Positions 19,758 through 28,597 of a stretch of DNA of 64,000 bases are shown here, one piece after another. Where the stretch lies: assembly GCA_029855935.1 (NCBI GenBank), contig JAGSHN010000025.1, positions 96,001-160,000 of the forward strand. The letters run 5' to 3'. Numbering within the stretch: position 1 is the first letter of the stretch; each line of letters begins with the position of its first letter. Below the pieces are notes generated by a model, which worked only from the letters and a program-made list of their open reading frames with translations, ran no database searches and was not told the DNA's origin. The translations under genes were made by a program, and so were the position numbers. The stretch comes from Candidatus Thorarchaeota archaeon. Its GTDB lineage: Archaea > Asgardarchaeota > Thorarchaeia > Thorarchaeales > Thorarchaeaceae.

Positions 19758-20963
19758 ATGCGTAGAAGGAGAGTTATGGTCACACTGTTTGTTCTCGCGA
19801 CAATGCTGGCGCTGACCGTGTTCGTCCCGTCACCAGCGACCGCAACATCATCTGGCTCGGGTGGGACAAACAGCGTCAGTCACGTGGGACTCCTACCGGG
19901 AGACATCATCCTCGGAGAGAACCCGGGGACCAAAAGCAGCAAGCTCGTCCCTGGCAAATACAGCCACGCAATGATGTACTGCGGTGTAGTCCGATCAGGG
20001 GAGAAATACTGGGATCGGACAAATGGTCGCTGGCTGGCGGTGGGTGAGCCGTACATCATCCATTCGACTCCTGATGATGACGATTCGAAAGACGGCCTTG
20101 GATACGACTCGTGGTACACACGCGTTAACGGAGGATATGAGAACCTGCTCGTACTCCGAGTAATGAAGAGCGGCGGAGTACCACTGACAGACAGCGAGAG
20201 ATCTCAAGTTGTCAACTTTCTCCGCAGCAAGCTAAGTGGTGGCAAGGATGGCTACCCCGTCGGGCCCAAGTACGACTACAACTGGCTCAGGAAGGGCGTT
20301 AATCCGCCCTACTACTGCTCGGAGGCAGTCTGGGCGGCCTACAAGTCAGTTCTGGGTATCGACCTTGACGCCGATACATCACCATTCAATATCGGTGTGT
20401 CCCCTGATGACCTGTGGCACTCCCAATACACTTCAGTCATCGCCGGAGAAGACGGGTCATCTCGTTGGAGTGCCAGATATGGCGTCTGTAAGGTGTCAGT
20501 CTACGTGTACAAGATCCACTACAAGGAAGACAAGGATCCGTGGCTAAAGGGCGCAGGCGAAATGTACCTGAAGAGTTTCACGGGCGACAGCCAGTATCCC
20601 ACAGAGGAAGGGTATCCGGGGTGTGGCAAGATTGGCCGGACACCGGATGGCACATGGCCGAGGAATGGAGCTGGCGATCTCTACTGGAGAAAAGACTTCT
20701 ATTCATTCGTCAACTATTACAGATACCTGAAGATTCGCATTGAGGCGTGGGAAGACGACAGCACGGACGGTGATGACCAATTCGACCCCTACCAGATAGT
20801 CTGGTCACCAACCACGTGGCACTCAAAGATTGGTGCTGGCTATCAGTACTATCCAGCCTCAAAGAGCGATTGCATCTACTACATCTACATACGAATTACT
20901 TGGGCCTATGATCCAGTAGGTGGAGGAGGGGGCGGCGGAGGAGGCACGCCGGTCGTAAGATAG
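19758..20963 (+). CDS. Secreted permuted papain-like NlpC/P60 (YiiX/YebB-like) protein with C2-like C-terminal domain
   Basis: Signal peptide; PGDIIL, YSHA (His) precedes YYCSEAVWAAY (Cys), VSPDDL; C-terminal DKD...EAWEDDSTDGDD; Gly9 tail. Confidence 0.78.
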   Translation: MRRRRVMVTLFVLATMLALTVFVPSPATATSSGSGGTNSVSHVGLLPGDIILGENPGTKSSKLVPGKYSHAMMYCGVVRSGEKYWDRTNGRWLAVGEPYIIHSTPDDDDSKDGLGYDSWYTRVNGGYENLLVLRVMKSGGVPLTDSERSQVVNFLRSKLSGGKDGYPVGPKYDYNWLRKGVNPPYYCSEAVWAAYKSVLGIDLDADTSPFNIGVSPDDLWHSQYTSVIAGEDGSSRWSARYGVCKVSVYVYKIHYKEDKDPWLKGAGEMYLKSFTGDSQYPTEEGYPGCGKIGRTPDGTWPRNGAGDLYWRKDFYSFVNYYRYLKIRIEAWEDDSTDGDDQFDPYQIVWSPTTWHSKIGAGYQYYPASKSDCIYYIYIRITWAYDPVGGGGGGGGGTPVVR

Positions 20964-20984
20964 ATTCTACAAAATGGCACATAC

Positions 20985-21030
20985 GGGGCGAGCCCGCTAA
21001 TTCGGCGTGGTCCGCCCGCCCATTCTTTTC
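20985..21030 (+). terminator. GC hairpin followed by a pyrimidine tract
   Basis: gggcgagcccgc...gcgtggtccgccc then cattcttttc. Confidence 0.5.
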
Positions 21031-21167
21031 TGTGAGATTCTCGTTCTGTTGGCTTGGCCATATTGTGAGAGCTATATTGAAGAACCGATGATCTTCTCGT
21101 GGGCGGCCAGTAGGGTTCTTATCATCACTGCAAATACGTCTTTGAGAGGACCCCGCATTCCAAGAAG

Positions 21168-23084
21168 GTGGCCAAGATCAGAATCGCATACGTCGAGACC
21201 CTCGGAAGGTCAAGACACTACGAAGTCCCGGACAATGCCGCCGTAGTCAGTCTGGCTGAGCGGCACATAGAGCAGGTCAACCTCACGCCACTGAGCAGTC
21301 TCACCAGTCTACGGAGCCTCAGTCTGTATAGGAACAGGATAGTTGCTCTGAACCTTGAGCCACTGGCCTCCTGCAAGAAACTTGTCCGACTAGATCTTGC
21401 CCAGAACCGCCTCAAGGCGCTCGACCTCTCACCCGTTGCTTCACTCCACAACCTACGGGAACTACGCATCGAGAGCAACCTCCTTGAGAGGATAGATCTG
21501 TCGCCTCTCGGCTCCTGTCAGAGATTGACAGTTCTCGACATCAGCACCAACAGACTGAGAGAGATTGATCTCTCTCCTCTGGCCAGGTGCACCAGCCTCC
21601 GGGAGATTCGTCTTGCGGGCAACAAGATCCAGCGCATTGACCTCTCACCTCTTGCGCGACTGGCTAATCTCAGAGTGATCGACCTCTCCGGGAACGAACT
21701 ACAACTCATCGAGCTGTCTCCACTCAGCGATTGCAGAGGACTACTCGAACTCGGTCTGTCAAAGAACAGGCTGCGCATGCTGGATCTCAGCCCTCTTGAC
21801 TTCCACGACAGAATCAGAGAGCTGGATGTGTCGGGCAACAGGCTGACTCGTCTGATCCTACCGTGCTCAAGCGGGCTCCGCATCCTCGTCGCAAGTGACT
21901 GTGGTCTGACGCGTATCGACCTCACTCCGCTGGGAGTCGGAAGAGGCCTTGAGACTCTCGACCTGAGCAAGAATCGTCTGTCGGAGATTGACTTGAGACC
22001 ACTGTCGAACTGTCCGAACTTCAGGTCATTGGTACTCTCCTCCAACATCCTGACCGAGGTGGACCTTAGACCCTTGAGCGACTGCCCGCAGACGAGCCTG
22101 GTGTCCCTCGACGGCAACTCGATTGAGAGGCTTGACCTCTCCCCATTGAGTGGACTCAAGAGGCTCAGGACACTCTCTCTTGATGGCAATGACCTGCCCG
22201 ACATAGATCTCAGCCCCCTTGCCAGTTGCACGGGTCTTCGTGTTCTGACTCTAGACAAGGTGGGTGCAAGGCAGCTGGATGTCCTGCCGTTGTTCTGCTG
22301 CAGAGACTTGGAAGACCTTGTTGTGGCGAGGAGAAGCAGGCTGAAGACTATATACACGCCTGTGTTCGTGGACTGGCCCGTAGGTCTGGCGCAGAAGAGG
22401 AAACGAATCGAGGTAGTAGAGAAACTGAGACTCAGGACGGGCGAGTGGTCCCGACTGGCCAGGCACGCCATCGCCTTCTGCAGGAACATCGGGGATGACG
22501 CTGAACGTCTCTCATTTCAGGCGACGCTTCTTCGGCTAACTGGCAATGGCGATCTCGTGGCGCTCGACATCAATCTCGTGCCTATCCTCTTGACGACGGA
22601 GGGGCTCAACTCGATGCAGGAGATCACGAACGCACTGCGCGAACATCTCTTGGTGGCTCTTCACGAGCAGGTCGAGAGGGGAGGACCTACCCACTTTGTG
22701 GCTGTGGAACGTCTTGAGGAGAGCCCCACAACAAGATCACTGGCTGAGAGCGTGAAACGCGCACGAGGGGAGGAGATGGAAACCGCCTACGTGTTGGCAA
22801 GGGATGATACTGTTGACTTGAGACCCCTGTGGCTCACCTACATCGGTTTCAGGAGGCTAAGAACTATGAATGTCGGTCTAGAGGTCGAAAAGGGTAGTCT
22901 CGGACCGATAGTCGAGGCCTTCCGCAAGATGGGCTATGACCTCAGAGTGCTTGACCGACCTGACCCGCAGGCCCTGCCAAGGATGTCTGCCGGAATGAGA
23001 CGATTCCTGATATGGGCTGTTGAACGTCAGACCGCTGATGAGGACGCAAACGGGCGCCCTACGAGGGATGAGGACACCCGCTGA
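21168..23084 (+). CDS. Leucine-rich repeat protein
   Basis: About 16 copies of the 22-aa unit LxxLxLxxNxLxxIDLSPLxxC, plus a helical C-terminal region. Confidence 0.92.
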   Translation: MAKIRIAYVETLGRSRHYEVPDNAAVVSLAERHIEQVNLTPLSSLTSLRSLSLYRNRIVALNLEPLASCKKLVRLDLAQNRLKALDLSPVASLHNLRELRIESNLLERIDLSPLGSCQRLTVLDISTNRLREIDLSPLARCTSLREIRLAGNKIQRIDLSPLARLANLRVIDLSGNELQLIELSPLSDCRGLLELGLSKNRLRMLDLSPLDFHDRIRELDVSGNRLTRLILPCSSGLRILVASDCGLTRIDLTPLGVGRGLETLDLSKNRLSEIDLRPLSNCPNFRSLVLSSNILTEVDLRPLSDCPQTSLVSLDGNSIERLDLSPLSGLKRLRTLSLDGNDLPDIDLSPLASCTGLRVLTLDKVGARQLDVLPLFCCRDLEDLVVARRSRLKTIYTPVFVDWPVGLAQKRKRIEVVEKLRLRTGEWSRLARHAIAFCRNIGDDAERLSFQATLLRLTGNGDLVALDINLVPILLTTEGLNSMQEITNALREHLLVALHEQVERGGPTHFVAVERLEESPTTRSLAESVKRARGEEMETAYVLARDDTVDLRPLWLTYIGFRRLRTMNVGLEVEKGSLGPIVEAFRKMGYDLRVLDRPDPQALPRMSAGMRRFLIWAVERQTADEDANGRPTRDEDTR

Positions 23085-25157
23085 CTATGCGACCTTGCTG
23101 CCCGGAGGAACGCTCTCCACCGTGAGGGGTTTCCACTTCCCAGGCTGGTCTGCATATTCTATCGCAAGAATCATTCCCTGCGACTCAATGCCGGCCAACT
23201 TCTTCGGCTCGAGATTGACGAGAAACAGTGCTGTCAGACCCTCGAGTTCCTCAGGAGCATACTGGTCCGCCAGTCCTGTCACGATCGTCCGTTCCTCGTC
23301 CCCAATGTCAACTCTCATCTTGAGGAGCTTCTTCGTCTTCGGGACCCTCTCGCACTCAAGAATCTTGCCTGCACGAATGTCCATCCGCTTGAACTCGTCA
23401 AATGTCACGGTCTCCATCTGTGACTCACCACCTTCCTCTGTTGTGCCCTCCCCGCGCTCAGCCCGTCTGATACGGGTTTCGATTGTAGACTTGAGTTCGG
23501 CGAGTAGCCTGTCGTCTATCTTGGCTATGACAGGTACTGGGCGCCCCATCCTGTGTCCGATGGGCAGAGGCACGAGAGCCTCCTCAAGTAGAATGGAGTG
23601 TATCTCAGATGACTCGAATCCCAGCTGCTCCCAGATCTTTTCAGCCACGCCCGGCATCATGGGCTCAATGAGGATTGCCAAAGCCTTGACGATTGCAAGT
23701 GCGTCATACAGCACACGTCCGCACGCCGCCTTGTCCTCCTTCACCAGTACCCACGGTGTGTTGGACTGGAAGTACTCGTTGCCGAAGGAGGCCAGCTGCA
23801 TAATATCGTCGGCCACCTTCTTCAACTCGTACTCGTTCACCGCAGCCACGATGCTGTCTATTGTACTCCTGATCCTATCTAACACCTCTTCTGAGATCTC
23901 GCCCTCGGGAACGGCACCAAAGTGCTTGTGAGTGAAGTGAAGTGCCCGGTAGACAAAGTTGCCGAACACTCCCACAAGCTCAGTGTTGACCTTGTCGTGA
24001 AACGTGTCCCACGAGAAGTCGAGGTCACGCGTCTGACCTGTCGTCGCCACCATATAGTACCGGAGATAGTCAGGGTCAAGACCTTTTGACAGGTAGTCAT
24101 CATCTATCCAGACAACGTATCCTCGGCTGCGGCTGAAGTTGTGACCCTCAATCTTGACCATCCCGGATGCTACAATGGCATATGGAAGATTGTATCCACT
24201 ACCCTTCAGCATACTGGGCCAGAAGATGCAGTGATGATACACTATGTCCTGACCAATGTAATGCACGATCTTCCCATCGCCCGGGCGCCAGAACTTCTCC
24301 CACGCATCGGGTTGCTCGGTCTTCTTGGCCCACTCCTCGGTACTGGAGATGTAGTGAATTGGCGCGTCGACCCAGACATACAGCGTCAGACTCTCATCAC
24401 CAGGGAACTTGACCCCCCACTCCAGGTCACGCGTTATGCACCAGTCCTTCAGGCCATCGCGAATCCAACCCAGAGCATAGTTCTTCGCATTCTTTGTGCC
24501 ATCCACACTCTCAAGGTACTCCTTGAGAAAGTCCTCGAACGCGGTCAGCTTGAAGTAGTAGTGACGCCTCCTCACTGGTCGAGTTGGAGAACCGCAGATG
24601 GCACAGCGCGGATTCAGTATCTCGCCCGGTTCGAGGTATCTTCCGCATCCCTGGTCACACTCGTCTCCGCGGGCGTCCGCATGACAGTAGGGACATTCAC
24701 CTCGCACAAACCTGTCAGGGAGGGAACGTCCACAGTTGTCACAGTACGGCGTCTCAAGCTCCTTGGAATAGATGTAGCCGTTCTCCTGCAGAGCACGCAC
24801 TATCTCGTGCGTCCGATGATGGTTCTCGGGATCATCTGTGGTGCCATAGTTGTCGAAGATGATATTCAGTCTCGGAAAGATCTCGACATAGTGTTGATGG
24901 TAGCGTCTGAATAACTCCTCCGGTGTGACACCCTCGCGCTCGGCCGCCGTGACGATCGGGGTCCCGTGGGTGTCAGAACCACAGACGAAGACCACCTCCG
25001 TCTGCATCTTCCTGAGGAGCCTGACGAAGACATCGGCCGGGACATAGGTCCGGAGGTGGCCTATATGCATCGGCCCGCTGGCGTACGGTAGTCCGCAGGT
25101 CACGAGCACGGGTGATTTGGTTGGGTATGTCTTGCGTACATCGTTCACGTTCGTCAC
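23085..25157 (-). CDS. metG: Methionyl-tRNA synthetase with C-terminal tRNA-binding OB domain
   Basis: LPYASGPMHIGH, Zn knuckles, YVWVDAP, FSRSRG, C-terminal Trbp-like domain; GTG at 25157 after gaggag. Confidence 0.97.
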   Translation of the reverse strand: MTNVNDVRKTYPTKSPVLVTCGLPYASGPMHIGHLRTYVPADVFVRLLRKMQTEVVFVCGSDTHGTPIVTAAEREGVTPEELFRRYHQHYVEIFPRLNIIFDNYGTTDDPENHHRTHEIVRALQENGYIYSKELETPYCDNCGRSLPDRFVRGECPYCHADARGDECDQGCGRYLEPGEILNPRCAICGSPTRPVRRRHYYFKLTAFEDFLKEYLESVDGTKNAKNYALGWIRDGLKDWCITRDLEWGVKFPGDESLTLYVWVDAPIHYISSTEEWAKKTEQPDAWEKFWRPGDGKIVHYIGQDIVYHHCIFWPSMLKGSGYNLPYAIVASGMVKIEGHNFSRSRGYVVWIDDDYLSKGLDPDYLRYYMVATTGQTRDLDFSWDTFHDKVNTELVGVFGNFVYRALHFTHKHFGAVPEGEISEEVLDRIRSTIDSIVAAVNEYELKKVADDIMQLASFGNEYFQSNTPWVLVKEDKAACGRVLYDALAIVKALAILIEPMMPGVAEKIWEQLGFESSEIHSILLEEALVPLPIGHRMGRPVPVIAKIDDRLLAELKSTIETRIRRAERGEGTTEEGGESQMETVTFDEFKRMDIRAGKILECERVPKTKKLLKMRVDIGDEERTIVTGLADQYAPEELEGLTALFLVNLEPKKLAGIESQGMILAIEYADQPGKWKPLTVESVPPGSKVA

Positions 25158-25177
25158 ACTCCTCTGTCTGTGATGTT

Positions 25178-25392
25178 GGCGGAAGATGCTCTGTCTGAAC
25201 AATGAGACCCGGAGGCTGATTCGTCGAGACCGAGAAGAGTCAGTTCGACCGTCCGCAACAGGCCGGGCAGGACATCAAGAACGAATATGGTTCGGACTGG
25301 ATGGGCCAGGTCCGGAACCAACCTCAGATCCTGCTCGTCATACTCGGTCTCTCTTCTTCTCGGGTTGTCTTCTGTGAGCGCTTCTTCCCACC
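25178..25392 (-). ncRNA. Candidate structured RNA (metG leader or stand-alone) with box C/D-type kink-turn motifs
   Basis: Five nested helices including a perfect 9-bp gagaccgag/ctcggtctc; AUGACGA...CUGA and CUGA...UUGAUGU face each other; TATA-like TTATAT at ~25433 (minus strand). Confidence 0.55.
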
Positions 25393-25565
25393 TTAGAATC
25401 GACGAAGCTGAGTGCGATGCGACCGGATATAACTGTAACGATGGACTGGCGTTGTTTCAGGCTTGCCGCCACTGGGAGAGAACGTGGCATAGAATGGACC
25501 ATCCAACGCTGAAGTCTTGATGCCACAGATGAGGCTCGCTAGGAGAGCACAGAACCCACATACGC

Positions 25566-26003
25566 TCACACAGGTGGAAACATCAGGACGAGGAACATGG
25601 CAAGTATCCCAAGACCAAGGAACACGCTTGCCGCACGACTCGCCCAATATCTGCGTGCCACAATCTTTGCGTAGAAGTTCGATATGTCAGCCGGGACCTC
25701 AAGCGAACAGACAACAAGCATAGGCTGCAGTATCAGCAGACCAAAGCACAGACTGATCAGTAGAAGGATAGGGGGGACCAGAAAGACGGGCAACCAATAC
25801 CCGACCAGAGTATCAGCAACAGTATGTTTCAGCAACGCAACATAGATTGTGACCAGTCCAGCATCTGTCGGCACAATCACCCTAGAGAAGTCGGTAGCCC
25901 CCCTCAGACCAGACAGGATGAGGTCCGACCTTATCGACAGGAAGAACTCGTCCGTCTTCGACAGCTTCTCGCCAATCAGGGGTTCACGCTCTGCGGATGA
26001 CAT
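25566..26003 (-). CDS. Small 3-TM membrane protein (Pycsar/SLATT effector-like layout)
   Basis: Three hydrophobic segments with S..F.LL.LQP and FY..I..RRY pattern; ATG at 26003. Confidence 0.65.
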   Translation of the reverse strand: MSSAEREPLIGEKLSKTDEFFLSIRSDLILSGLRGATDFSRVIVPTDAGLVTIYVALLKHTVADTLVGYWLPVFLVPPILLLISLCFGLLILQPMLVVCSLEVPADISNFYAKIVARRYWASRAASVFLGLGILAMFLVLMFPPV

Positions 26004-26008
26004 ATTGT

Positions 26009-26275
26009 CTATCCCTCTTCGCAATCGATAAACTCAAGTCTTGCCTCTCTAGGATGTGTTGTGGAAAAACGTACGTACACTGTGAATTCTTTCCCGCAGT
26101 GGCAACATTCTGCAACTGCCTGTCGTTTCACCACCCTCTCCCGAGGACTACCTAATATCCGAACCGTCACGAAGCCCAATACATCTGTTCCCCTTATGTT
26201 CCATCTGCACCGGCAGGTTTCGTGGCAGTAGGGGCATATAACATCCCTTTCAACGTAGTCGGACAACCCGCTCAC
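26009..26275 (-). CDS. Small Zn-finger protein
   Basis: CPYC...CCHC in 88 aa, just upstream of the TM gene. Confidence 0.65.
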   Translation of the reverse strand: MSGLSDYVERDVICPYCHETCRCRWNIRGTDVLGFVTVRILGSPRERVVKRQAVAECCHCGKEFTVYVRFSTTHPREARLEFIDCEEG

Positions 26276-26420
26276 ATCGCTGTTTCGTTGTTGCTGTTGT
26301 GTCCTGAGTCAGAATCATCCGGGTCCTATTTATGTACTGTGAGTGTACAGGCCCTATTCGCTCCCTCTGGTTCGGATTGGCTCTGTGGATGCTGGTCTGC
26401 AATATTGCGGACAGCCACAC

Positions 26421-27197
26421 TCAGAATTCGTCAAGCCGACCCATTACAATCCTCTTTGCCACATCACTCCGCCCACGCGCCCGCAGTATCATCAATACGG
26501 CACGGATGTCCTCGTATCTGATCTTGATGTTGTCACTCTGCTCTACGAGGGTGAGAGCATCACGGGCCAGCGTTCGCGACCTTATCTTGTCCTGAAAGAT
26601 GTCAGCGGCACGCATGAGGGCAGATATCTTCTGTCGGACGAACAGCACAGCTGCATCATTGTCGTCAACGGTGATTGCCTCCCGAAGGAACTTGTCAAGG
26701 GACCTGTGCGCACTACGATCCACATCGCCACGCACTCTGATGAAGTACTTGCAGTTGACGACATAGGCGTCCGCTGGAGCCTCGTGACACCCTCCAACGA
26801 TTAGGACATCCACTCCAAGTCTGACAGGTTCCACAAAGAGACGGCTCAGAGTGTTGTAGAGCGTGATGCTGACATCGATATCGTCACAGAGGACCAGTGT
26901 CCTGTGCTGAAGAACGCAGGCCAGCATATCAGTGAACAGGCCGCCGAAGACCTTCACGACACCACGGAGACTCATCCCCCGAGGCTCAGGTGTCCCAGTC
27001 AATCCGGCCTGATCGATATTCTGGACCCTGCGGACACTAAGGTCTGGCTCCACGAACACCAGGAGGGTGTGGGGACAGTCAGACCCGGGTCCTACAACCA
27101 CCTTTGTGAGTCCACGACTGTATTGGACATCAGAGACCTTGACCCTTCGTCTTTTCCTGCAGACAGGACACACAACGTCGACAGTAGTCGTAGCCAA
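26421..27197 (-). CDS. Hypothetical protein with N-terminal Zn ribbon (Asgard-type)
   Basis: CPVC...CPH.LLVFVE.DL.VRRVQ.ID, followed by an alpha/beta region and a helical region. Confidence 0.8.
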   Translation of the reverse strand: MATTTVDVVCPVCRKRRRVKVSDVQYSRGLTKVVVGPGSDCPHTLLVFVEPDLSVRRVQNIDQAGLTGTPEPRGMSLRGVVKVFGGLFTDMLACVLQHRTLVLCDDIDVSITLYNTLSRLFVEPVRLGVDVLIVGGCHEAPADAYVVNCKYFIRVRGDVDRSAHRSLDKFLREAITVDDNDAAVLFVRQKISALMRAADIFQDKIRSRTLARDALTLVEQSDNIKIRYEDIRAVLMILRARGRSDVAKRIVMGRLDEF

Positions 27198-27211
27198 CCG
27201 TACCCCCTCAC

Positions 27212-27880
27212 TTACTCTCTTGCCAAGATGACCCCACCGATGCAGAGAAGCATAACCGATATCGTCCGCAGAGAATAGAACAGCGGCTTGAGCTCGACCA
27301 CTGGCCAGATGAACAGGATCGCCGAGTAAAGGACAAAACTTGCTCCTATCAGCAGAGCCCAGTCGACCCCCGTCACCCAGAAGTGACGGAGGAAGATCAG
27401 ACCGATGAATAGGACAAAGGGGACAAGATCAACCACCACCCACCAGCTCATGTTGTGGACTGGCAGATGGGTCTCGGGATTGAAGAATGCCCAAGGCGTA
27501 TCACCAGGCAGGAAGAAGGCGAACAAGGTGGTCCCCGCCGCATAGGGAACGACATAGAGGGCTGTGACCAGTTCTCGGGCAAAACGACGCGATGTGACGA
27601 ACGGAACAGTGGCATAGAGCAGGAGGCCGACTGTACCCGTTCCTCCGAGATTGACGTACACCCACATCGCAGTCGTCCCGAGAGGAGACGTGATGTCAAT
27701 CTCGTTGAACACCAGCCACGAGTTGATCACGTGGCCCATAGCATAGAGAATGAAGGCAAGACCCCACATAAGGCGCCGTGGTCGTTCCCCGCGATAGTAT
27801 GCCACAAAGAATGTCAATCCGGCAATCACGGCAACGCTCGCTGACACGACAGATGTAGCAAAATGAATCCAGTCGACCAC
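27212..27880 (-). CDS. 7-TM membrane protein
   Basis: Seven hydrophobic helices; gaggtg SD before GTG. Confidence 0.82.
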   Translation of the reverse strand: MVDWIHFATSVVSASVAVIAGLTFFVAYYRGERPRRLMWGLAFILYAMGHVINSWLVFNEIDITSPLGTTAMWVYVNLGGTGTVGLLLYATVPFVTSRRFARELVTALYVVPYAAGTTLFAFFLPGDTPWAFFNPETHLPVHNMSWWVVVDLVPFVLFIGLIFLRHFWVTGVDWALLIGASFVLYSAILFIWPVVELKPLFYSLRTISVMLLCIGGVILARE

Positions 27881-28077
27881 GACACCTCACCAGCGAAACG
27901 ATGGGAAAACTGTCCTTTAACAATTTCCACGTCCTCAGGCCGCCAATCCCCGTCATCTCCTCTGGTGTGGGGGCCAGCCATGACGGACAGCCCCCACTGT
28001 GTCTCGCTTGCCGGGAGGTGCACGTGAGACAGCGAATGAGACCTCATTTCAAGGAATGAGGAGCGTAGGGTCATTCT

Positions 28078-28230
28078 CTACGAGCCCGAATAGAGGTAAC
28101 GCAGCGTTTCGGCGTCAGCATCCGTTGGGTCACGATCACTGTCGAGCAGTCCGTACAGAACGTGAAGCACCTGTGCGTTTCTCTGGAGCGTGGAACTGGG
28201 CAGCCGGGACTTGTTCGTCTTCTCGGTCAT
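28078..28230 (-). CDS. Candidate 50-aa small protein (not in the ORF track)
   Basis: MTEKTNKSRLPSSTLQRNAQVLHVLYGLLDSDRDPTDADAETLRYLYSGS; TATA-like cagTTATAc about 30 nt upstream of the ATG. Confidence 0.55.
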   Translation of the reverse strand: MTEKTNKSRLPSSTLQRNAQVLHVLYGLLDSDRDPTDADAETLRYLYSGS

Positions 28231-28597
28231 CACTCGCTTCTCCGTGTTCGCTTTCTGTGGTATAACTGACCTCCATTTCCGGTGGACAGGCTAATAAGGA
28301 TTGGTGCAACCCAGATATGCTCACCGTAGTCCCTGCATGTAACAAGGAGCCCCCGCGAGATTCCTCTCGTGATTACCATAGCGCCCGATCTAGCGATAGA
28401 CCAAGAGCGGCCAGTCTACACAGTTTCACTCAAGAGGTGAGAAGATGGAGGACAGACCACGAGACTCGAACGCAGGAGCAGACGCCTGGGCGGCAGGACC
28501 GATGCGACTCCCCTTCTGGCCGGCTTAGTCACAGTTAGAGTATTGTCGGGAGGAGATTCAATAGTCCTTTGATCAGATGAGGGCAATGTGACGGGCA

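Noticed and set aside
25303-25325. gccaggtccggaa resembles SRP RNA helix 8
   Set aside because: The required continuation (GG/GGG-AGCA) is absent, and the segment instead pairs with 25288-25300
25378-25398. Minus-strand AAGGUGGGA resembles the T-box sequence
   Set aside because: It lacks ACC-GCG and lies at the 5' end of the leader rather than after stem I, so it is not called a T-box
27212-27880. 7-TM protein as a rhodopsin
   Set aside because: No retinal-binding Lys within helix 7
28445-28528. 27-codon ORF behind a strong gaggtga SD
   Set aside because: No recognisable protein features; could be a remnant of the decayed locus
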